Source of the DNA: a virus
Reading direction: 5' to 3' (one strand)
Length of the DNA stretch: 32,000 bases
Virus record (IMG/VR): IMGVR_UViG_3300045988_138510
Location: 54,063 to 86,062 of that record
Position 1 is the first letter of the stretch. Every line of letters starts with the position of its first letter. The translations under genes were made by a program, and so were the position numbers. The notes below the pieces were generated by a model. It made no database searches. It was not told the origin of the DNA and worked only from the letters and a program-made list of their open reading frames with translations. Shown piece after piece: positions 25,556 to 32,000 of this stretch.

Positions 25556-26089
25556 TTATAACTCTTCAATCATCTGTTTTACTCGCTCAATCTCTTCGTT
25601 CGTATGTGGCGTTCCACCAGCGTTCATATCAACATACCATTGAAGAACTTCTTTTTCGCTTTTAAGATCGTTTACATTAAAGATTAGGTCTACACTGAGA
25701 GGTATTTTATCTTCAAAATCTTTATAGTAACTACCAAAGGCTTTAATTTCATTTTTTAAAAATCTAGTTACTGCTGTAATTCTTTGCAAACCATCAACAC
25801 ATACAAAATCATCATATCCATTAATAGGTTCAACCGTCTGCCAACTTGGTTTATTAAAATAAATTACCTTTGCTGATTTTCCTCCACGTAGTAGAAATTC
25901 AACATATGCAATTTGTTGATTTTCTGTCCATACATGCCCACGTTGAAAATTAGGATTTAATTGTAAACGAAAATATTCATCTTCTTCCCATTCTGAAAGC
26001 GTTTTTAAAATATGAGTTAATGGAATATTAATATTGTACGTTCCAGCTCTTGTCAGTTGAGGAATATCTTTAAATCTTGTTATTTTCAC
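25556..26089 (-). CDS. DUF262-like domain protein (177 aa)
   Basis: LQLNPNFQRGHVWTENQQIAYVEFLLRGG...VCVDGLQRITAVTRFLKNEI; NPxFQR-W and DGxQR signatures. Confidence 0.85.
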   Translation of the reverse strand: MKITRFKDIPQLTRAGTYNINIPLTHILKTLSEWEEDEYFRLQLNPNFQRGHVWTENQQIAYVEFLLRGGKSAKVIYFNKPSWQTVEPINGYDDFVCVDGLQRITAVTRFLKNEIKAFGSYYKDFEDKIPLSVDLIFNVNDLKSEKEVLQWYVDMNAGGTPHTNEEIERVKQMIEEL

Positions 26090-26090
26090 T

Positions 26091-26468
26091 TTATATCACC
26101 TGCTTTCCATAACCATGAAATAAGTAATTTCTTGCATATTCATCACCAAATTTTTTATACATCCATTTTCGATAATCTGGCGTACAATCACCTGAATGGT
26201 TATACACTGTAACATCATAATCTGTGATTTCATAATCGTCATCAAGGATAATAGTTGCATTCGGGTTTTCTTTTAGTTCTTCGTCAAAATCAGGAACCTC
26301 TACATACCCCTCTAGTCCAATAGAACATTCATCTCTTGTAATATTTAGTTCATTGATTTTTCCATCTGAATCAATAAATAAGCCATATACTTCTCTTAAT
26401 TCTTCATCATTTAGTCTATTTGCATATTTCATAACATAATTCCTTTCCAAAAGAAAACTTGGTTTCAA
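26091..26468 (-). CDS. hypothetical protein (125 aa)
   Basis: Collinear ORF directly upstream of the DUF262-like gene. Confidence 0.65.
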   Translation of the reverse strand: MKPSFLLERNYVMKYANRLNDEELREVYGLFIDSDGKINELNITRDECSIGLEGYVEVPDFDEELKENPNATIILDDDYEITDYDVTVYNHSGDCTPDYRKWMYKKFGDEYARNYLFHGYGKQVI

Positions 26469-26668
26469 TTTGTTGGTACATCAACCATATTCCATAAAAT
26501 ACTTTCTCTTACAGGATATACTCTTTTATGATCAATAGATACAAAATATTTCTCATCGTCTGTCAAATACACCAAATCCCATGCCAAATCATTTGAGTTT
26601 TCTTTTATCCATATAGGCATCGTTTTTGCGGATTTGGGTATATGTTTACCTAACTTTTGAATAGCCAT
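26465..26668 (-). CDS. hypothetical protein (67 aa)
   Basis: 4-nt overlap with neighbour. Confidence 0.6.
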   Translation of the reverse strand: MAIQKLGKHIPKSAKTMPIWIKENSNDLAWDLVYLTDDEKYFVSIDHKRVYPVRESILWNMVDVPTN

Positions 26669-26714
26669 CTTGTATTCTCCAATCTTCCAATAAATCTATT
26701 ATTTCCTAATTATA

Positions 26715-27428
26715 TTATTCTCTAATCAATTCTAATTTTGCTTTTATATTCTCATCGTGAACGCAAACAGAAAACCTATTATCTAACAATATTTTGCCTA
26801 TTTCAATCGCTTCATTTTCAAAATCATGTTTTACAATTTTTGGCAATGATTTACACCATCCTCCTATGTACTGGTTCCATTCATATCCTTCGCTTTTAAC
26901 CAGGTTTATGAACTCGCTATTTTTTGTGTAGCAAAGTTTTATATACCGGTCAACACCGCCTAAATCTACGTACTCTGTAATCTCTACTGTATCATGGTAT
27001 TTCTGGCTTGTGGGTATGATCGTATCTTCCGGTAGAAACCTTGATGCTTGTAGCTTTCTTTCCAAAATATCCTCATAACACAGCACAAACTCTTTATCAC
27101 AGATATGATCCCGATTATCAATCCAGAACTTAGCTCCTGTTTCTGTATTAATCAGAGGCTCTGCTACTAACTCGTGTTTTTCACAGTAGTCCAGGAAATC
27201 TGCTCTAATCACATTCGCCCAAGCTATTTGCTTATCCGTTCCACTTAAACCGGGGCAATCATACTGTTCTATAATCTCTTTACTTCTTTCTTCCTGTTCT
27301 TTTTGCTTGCAGTCTGGACACAAATCGGAAAAATACTGTTTTGCCCTCCATTCCTTGTAGGATTTTGTGCCCACAAGCTCTATACCACCCTCATGACCGC
27401 ATGAGTGCTTTCCTTCATACCAAGACAT
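26715..27428 (-). CDS. hypothetical protein with zinc-finger-like N-terminus
   Basis: Likely start MSWYEGKHSCGHEGGIELVG...FSDLCPDCKQKEQEE (Cys/His pairs); track ORF extends to 27539. Confidence 0.75.
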   Translation of the reverse strand: MSWYEGKHSCGHEGGIELVGTKSYKEWRAKQYFSDLCPDCKQKEQEERSKEIIEQYDCPGLSGTDKQIAWANVIRADFLDYCEKHELVAEPLINTETGAKFWIDNRDHICDKEFVLCYEDILERKLQASRFLPEDTIIPTSQKYHDTVEITEYVDLGGVDRYIKLCYTKNSEFINLVKSEGYEWNQYIGGWCKSLPKIVKHDFENEAIEIGKILLDNRFSVCVHDENIKAKLELIRE

Positions 27429-27549
27429 ATATTTTACCTCTTTTCTTTTTTCGATAGTTATGTTATAATATATCCAGAAACTCTTTGGCGGGGTTGATCC
27501 TTGATTTAATTCTAGAGATATAGTATTCCCCGCGCACAAAGAGTTTCTT

Positions 27550-28215
27550 TTATTTTCTTGCCATCTGATCCCACTCTTGACCTGTTTTTGAAAGATATTT
27601 TAATAGGTTCAGAAATCGTGGTCTGTCATAATTTTCATTATTTGTGGCTTCTTCAAATTCTCTTCGTAAAATCTCCCTATTTGCCTTAATAATATCATTC
27701 TGTTTAACATACCCTACTTTCTCATCGGGATATCTACTGCGTCCGTGATTTAAGGCTGACGTATAAACAATTCCGTTGTCATCAATATAGAACTCATGTA
27801 TGATTTCAGCCTCTCCGTTATCTTCATTTCTAAAAATTACAGTAGGTCCAAAACCATAAATACCATGATGAACATAATATCGATTATTAGTTATATACAT
27901 TTTTACTGGGATACCTTGTACAAGACTATATTTCGGGTTTGTCATCACCAATTTTGTTCCAAATAAATACATTTCTGTTTCGGTTGTTGAGGGAAGACTT
28001 TTTACTACATAATTATAAATCTCTTCTGCAGTCATTCCCGTCCAGCCTCCTTCCAATTTAATTTCAAGAGAACCATCTTCTTTTCTTTCGTATACATCAA
28101 AACCAAGATCTGATTTAAAATCTTCAATACTATGAACATTGGGTATTTCTGTTTGACTATGATATAATCTATTATTCTTCAATATAAGATTAAGTAATTT
28201 TTCAATTTCCCTCAT
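27550..28215 (-). CDS. hypothetical protein (221 aa)
   Basis: Collinear ORF. Confidence 0.7.
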   Translation of the reverse strand: MREIEKLLNLILKNNRLYHSQTEIPNVHSIEDFKSDLGFDVYERKEDGSLEIKLEGGWTGMTAEEIYNYVVKSLPSTTETEMYLFGTKLVMTNPKYSLVQGIPVKMYITNNRYYVHHGIYGFGPTVIFRNEDNGEAEIIHEFYIDDNGIVYTSALNHGRSRYPDEKVGYVKQNDIIKANREILRREFEEATNNENYDRPRFLNLLKYLSKTGQEWDQMARK

Positions 28216-28218
28216 ACT

Positions 28219-28440
28219 TTATTCCTCTCTTTCGGCAAAATCCCAAACATCACCGCCGGATATCCATTCTCTGTTTTCATCATATTCATTCTGCTCAATA
28301 TAGAATTCTGTAACCTGATAAAACGGAACGACATTTCTAACATGCTCTACAGATCCTTTATATTTTTTAAGTGCTTCTCTTGCTTCTTCTAATGTATCAA
28401 AAACCTCTAATACTTCTGGTTCCTGATCTCGCTGCTGCAA
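28219..28440 (-). CDS. hypothetical protein (73 aa)
   Basis: Collinear ORF. Confidence 0.6.
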   Translation of the reverse strand: MQQRDQEPEVLEVFDTLEEAREALKKYKGSVEHVRNVVPFYQVTEFYIEQNEYDENREWISGGDVWDFAEREE

Positions 28441-28595
28441 TGTGCGGCCTTCTACTGCTTCGTTCTCTTCTCTAAACTGACCATTATTTTCTTAATTTCA
28501 TATTTCATTATATTCTGTATACTTCCTGAGTTATTTTAATCTACTCTGTATAAACATTATAACATAGGTTACAGTATTATAACCATTAGTTTTAT

Positions 28596-28871
28596 TTAGC
28601 CTCGCTTACTTTTTTGTGACTCATATTCCTGAATTTCTTCTTCAATAGCACTCCAATCTACAGTACCAGAATCAATTTTTATTCCAATACTAACTCCATT
28701 CTGACCTTCCATTGCATAAAGTACATAAAATAACCCTTCATTATCTTCTCCATCAGAACTGATCATTAACTCACCAAGATTATTTCCAAAAACAATATCG
28801 TTTAAAATCCCTTCCCATGGATTATCAGCAAAAAAAGTCAAGCCCATATCCTGGATTTCCGTATCTTTCAT
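28596..28871 (-). CDS. hypothetical acidic protein (91 aa)
   Basis: Collinear ORF. Confidence 0.65.
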   Translation of the reverse strand: MKDTEIQDMGLTFFADNPWEGILNDIVFGNNLGELMISSDGEDNEGLFYVLYAMEGQNGVSIGIKIDSGTVDWSAIEEEIQEYESQKSKRG

Positions 28872-28929
28872 CTTCTGCTGTTACAATCATAATATACTTT
28901 TTATTTGTCTTCATAACTTTCTCTCTCCT

Positions 28930-29322
28930 CTACCATTCGTCATCATAATCATTTTCTTCCCACTCACTTGGATCTTTTAGCGCCTGTCCAAACTGATTGT
29001 ACAACTGTCCGCATCCATCACAATATGTATCTCCCTGTAGGATAACCTCATACCCGCAGCTGCATTTTGCATGTGCTGGCTCTGTATACCACCAAGACCT
29101 TTTTTGTATACCCATATCTTCCCATTTTTCTGGATGATCGGCACAATCATTGTAATTTCTAAGTTTACTTTCCATATCATCCGTCTGAGTTAAATTGCCT
29201 TCTTTATCACATCCAAACCCAAGCGTTTCATAATATGGTGCGCCAATAATATGAAAACAATGTTCATAAATTGACTGTTGCCTCCGTTCTCTTTCTGAAA
29301 TAATTCTTACAATGTGACTCAT
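28930..29322 (-). CDS. zinc-ribbon hypothetical protein (130 aa)
   Basis: HAKCSCGYEVILQGDTYCDGCGQLYN, a C-x-C...C-x2-C ribbon. Confidence 0.75.
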   Translation of the reverse strand: MSHIVRIISERERRQQSIYEHCFHIIGAPYYETLGFGCDKEGNLTQTDDMESKLRNYNDCADHPEKWEDMGIQKRSWWYTEPAHAKCSCGYEVILQGDTYCDGCGQLYNQFGQALKDPSEWEENDYDDEW

Positions 29323-29558
29323 AACTCTTCTCCTTTCATCATCTCATATTTATCCAGTTCTTCTTGATCCAGTAACCGATCATAATATACTTCCGCCCAG
29401 GCAGATATACCATTTATATTTGCCTTATTAGCATAATTTATGAAATCCATAAATCCTTTCTGTGGTTGTGTTCCGATACTCACTGGACGGTGAAGCATAT
29501 AATACTTGATCCATCTTTTCCGTTTAGCTGCAGCTCTAATATATTCTTCTGTACTCAT
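29319..29558 (-). CDS. hypothetical protein (79 aa)
   Basis: 4-nt overlap with neighbour. Confidence 0.6.
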   Translation of the reverse strand: MSTEEYIRAAAKRKRWIKYYMLHRPVSIGTQPQKGFMDFINYANKANINGISAWAEVYYDRLLDQEELDKYEMMKGEEL

Positions 29559-29750
29559 AATCTACATTCCTTTCTTTGTACTAAAATAGGAAGGCTGTTT
29601 CCAACCTTCCTATATATATTTTTTTCATATTCAATTTTATTTACTTTCTATTCCATGGCATCCATGGTCCAAAAACAATACCTAAAGCAATTCCCCAGCT
29701 AATTAGTTCGATCATAATTTCATTCTCCTTTTGTTATATTTTAATTATAT

Positions 29751-30407
29751 TTACTTTGTCATATCTGCACTATATTTACTTCTTACTTCCAGTGGCTGTG
29801 AAATCCAATCTCCAACTTTTTCTCTCATTTCATAATCTGTTGGGAATGTAGTTGCAGTACACATAAAACATCTTAATCGAGCATATTCATCTCTTGTGAT
29901 TTCTATTCCCATATCGCCAGGAGCAGTTCCTTTAGGCCATTTCATAGTTGTTGGATTAAAATAATATTTTCTAAATTTTGTTTCACCACTAGGAAATTCT
30001 TTATATTCCCACAGACAAGAAATAATTTTTCCTGTACTTATTTCAGTTGTGAAAGCTTTATTATATTGAGGATAATATTTATTGTATGCAAGATTGTCAC
30101 TTTTCTTTGCAAATTCTAAACATTGCTTCTCTTCTGATTTATGAAAAGCATATTCTTCAGAAAGTTTATCCTCGTAAACTGTACCAGTTTTCAACCCAAC
30201 TACCTGTCCACCAAAATTTCCATATTTATCTTCTCTTATCCTATAAGTGGTGTATTCTCCATTTCTAATCTCTCTACCTTTTCTGTCATACCATACAGTA
30301 TCATTCCCCTCCTTGTGAATACTTGTTTTCTTACAATAATGATTGTCACTCAAACAACTCAATCCGCTAATACCTAAAACGCTTAAAAATATTAATGTTC
30401 CGATCAT
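29751..30407 (-). CDS. hypothetical secreted or lipoprotein-like protein (218 aa)
   Basis: N-term MIGTLIFLSVLGISGLSCLSDN: hydrophobic signal with a lipobox-like SGLSC. Confidence 0.65.
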   Translation of the reverse strand: MIGTLIFLSVLGISGLSCLSDNHYCKKTSIHKEGNDTVWYDRKGREIRNGEYTTYRIREDKYGNFGGQVVGLKTGTVYEDKLSEEYAFHKSEEKQCLEFAKKSDNLAYNKYYPQYNKAFTTEISTGKIISCLWEYKEFPSGETKFRKYYFNPTTMKWPKGTAPGDMGIEITRDEYARLRCFMCTATTFPTDYEMREKVGDWISQPLEVRSKYSADMTK

Positions 30408-30486
30408 AAAATATTACCTCCTTGATTATATATTTTACGTTACATGTTTTACTTTATTATACTACTTTTATATTATTTTGTAACCA

Positions 30487-30831
30487 TCAACTTAACACTT
30501 TTACAAATCTTGTTAGCCATTCTTCGCTTACATAGCCCGCAAGGATATTGTCTATGTCATTCATTATTGCATTGATGTTGCATTTGATAAATAAATTTGC
30601 CGTTTCCAACTCATCTAATTTCCTTACTATTAAATCAGAAAAATTAACAGTAACATGATTTCCAGCTGATTCAATTACTGTTAATAACCTTGCCAATTTT
30701 AGCATATTTGCTTGCCACACATCACCATCGGCATCATCATTATAAAAATAACTTTCCATATCATAATCCTGATCATGCACTGCAATTTCTTCTCCGTCAG
30801 GAGCTGATTTAATATATTCATATAAAGTCAT
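30487..30831 (-). CDS. hypothetical protein (114 aa)
   Basis: Collinear ORF. Confidence 0.65.
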   Translation of the reverse strand: MTLYEYIKSAPDGEEIAVHDQDYDMESYFYNDDADGDVWQANMLKLARLLTVIESAGNHVTVNFSDLIVRKLDELETANLFIKCNINAIMNDIDNILAGYVSEEWLTRFVKVLS

Positions 30832-30853
30832 AATTTCCCTCCAAATCTAACTT

Positions 30854-31036
30854 TCATAAGTTTTCAATGTCATTCTTTACATTAGCAATATCATCCATCA
30901 GATTGTTCATATCGTCATCTTCTCCGTATTCCATATTCTCATGCATATATTTTGTGAGTTCATAGAACATTCTGATTTTCTGTTCATCATTCATTTCATT
31001 GAAACATTTCTGCATTTTCTCATTCATTTCTACCAT
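30854..31036 (-). CDS. hypothetical acidic protein (60 aa)
   Basis: Collinear ORF. Confidence 0.6.
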   Translation of the reverse strand: MVEMNEKMQKCFNEMNDEQKIRMFYELTKYMHENMEYGEDDDMNNLMDDIANVKNDIENL

Positions 31037-31410
31037 AATTGTTTTCCTCCATTTTTTCTATGAAACACCTAATTCTAACTAATTAGTGCTTTCATCTTTA
31101 ATAGTCCTCAAATACGCCGTTTTCATCTTCAGCGTTTACCGCACGGAATCCTACGCATTCCATGTTTCTTAAATCTATGTCAATGAGCGATATTTTTGAT
31201 TTTGCATCTTCAAAACTATCAGCTTCAACATTTACATCTATTCTTCCGTCTATTGCTACGCTAACTGTATATTTCATACTATTTACTTTCCTTTCTTATG
31301 AAACACGGTTTTCATTAAAATTTAGTAATCCATATCAATTTTTCATTTTTAAATTGATACACTTTATCCCAACTGGTACAAAATCATAAGTCCATTTTTT
31401 GTTTTTCATT

Positions 31411-31608
31411 CTATTCCTCCTCTGGAATATCAACAAATTTTACTGAATAATCAAATTGCGGTTCTGCTAACAGTTCAGTAGCACATTCATCACAAATACA
31501 AACCTCATGATAACCAATACCGATTATATCTTTGTTTCCATTTACAGGATATAACGTTTTATTGCCACACTTTGGACAAATAAATACCTTATCATGTATA
31601 TTATTCAT
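31411..31608 (-). CDS. zinc-ribbon small protein (65 aa)
   Basis: FICPKCGNKTLYPV...VCICDECATEL. Confidence 0.7.
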   Translation of the reverse strand: MNNIHDKVFICPKCGNKTLYPVNGNKDIIGIGYHEVCICDECATELLAEPQFDYSVKFVDIPEEE

Positions 31609-31768
31609 CTATTTCATCTCCATTTTCATTTCTCAAAAAAGCATTTTCGATTACAATATCAATTTCTGCATCAACACATGCTTTAAGAAATTTATCCATT
31701 GCCTTATCATATGTATTTTCATTCGTTTTGAAACAAATACTGCTGTCACTTATATATAATTCATTCAT
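31601..31768 (-). CDS. hypothetical protein (55 aa)
   Basis: Manual translation: MNELYISDSSICFKTNENTYDKAMDKFLKACVDAEIDIVIENAFLRNENGDEIDE; 8-nt overlap with neighbour. Confidence 0.5.
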   Translation of the reverse strand: MNELYISDSSICFKTNENTYDKAMDKFLKACVDAEIDIVIENAFLRNENGDEIDE

Positions 31769-31798
31769 AATTTCACCTCCAAGAATGCGGTTTTCAAT

Positions 31799-32000
31799 TT
31801 AACAAGATTCCCATAATTCTAATAGAGTTTTACCAGTTTTCTCTTTGCAATAAGCTTCCATTTTACGTAAGAAGAACTTTTCTTCATCTTCTGTGAGAGG
31901 CCATGCAGATACTTTACAATCATCATTTGAATCTAAATAATATTCAGCAGCAACCAATCCATTTGGTTTCCAGTATGTATAGAAATTAATCCACGTATCA
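31799..32000 (-). CDS. hypothetical protein, N-terminus cut by window edge
   Basis: Open frame ...TWINFYT...YWKPNGLVAAEYYLDSNDDCKVSAWPLTEDEEKFFLRKMEAYCKEKTGKTLLELWESC. Confidence 0.55.
   Translation of the reverse strand, partial: DTWINFYTYWKPNGLVAAEYYLDSNDDCKVSAWPLTEDEEKFFLRKMEAYCKEKTGKTLLELWESC

Noticed and set aside
29639-29740. Tiny hydrophobic ORF MIELISWGIALGIVFGPWMPWNRK
   Set aside because: Only 24 aa; could be a real small membrane peptide, but no independent evidence.

Overview
The window is a densely packed accessory region from a low-GC Firmicute, most like a large phage or plasmid-prophage. Nearly all genes lie on the minus strand, most are short uncharacterised ORFs, and there is a tyrosine recombinase, a tRNA, an HNH endonuclease and toxin-antitoxin-like genes. 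The main discovery candidate is at 14110-16007. A complete-looking IscB-family nuclease (520 aa, with RuvC-I/II/III, an Arg-rich bridge and an intact HNH) is preceded by a miniature CRISPR-like array: two 36-nt repeats (36/36 and 34/36 of GTTTTAGAGGTAAGTAATTTCAGAGGGTTACAAAAC on the minus strand) around one 30-nt spacer. Immediately after the last repeat there is an 18-nt anti-repeat that can pair uninterrupted with it (14 Watson-Crick + 4 G.U, 11-nt loop). A further 165-200 nt of non-coding sequence leads to the nuclease start codon and ends in a small GC hairpin. The layout reads as spacer + fused repeat/anti-repeat scaffold + IscB, i.e. a naturally single-guide, CRISPR-associated IscB on a mobile element. 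Other notable items are a 752-aa protein that looks like a sigma-factor-like N-terminus fused to a DUF262/ParB-like domain, a second stand-alone DUF262-like protein, a short divergent adenylosuccinate-synthetase homologue, a VWA-centred gene module, a putative plus-strand small RNA with promoter and terminator, a MazF/PemK-like gene divergent from an HTH regulator with repeated operators, and HicAB next to the recombinase. All domain calls come from reading motifs; no searches or folding programs were run.
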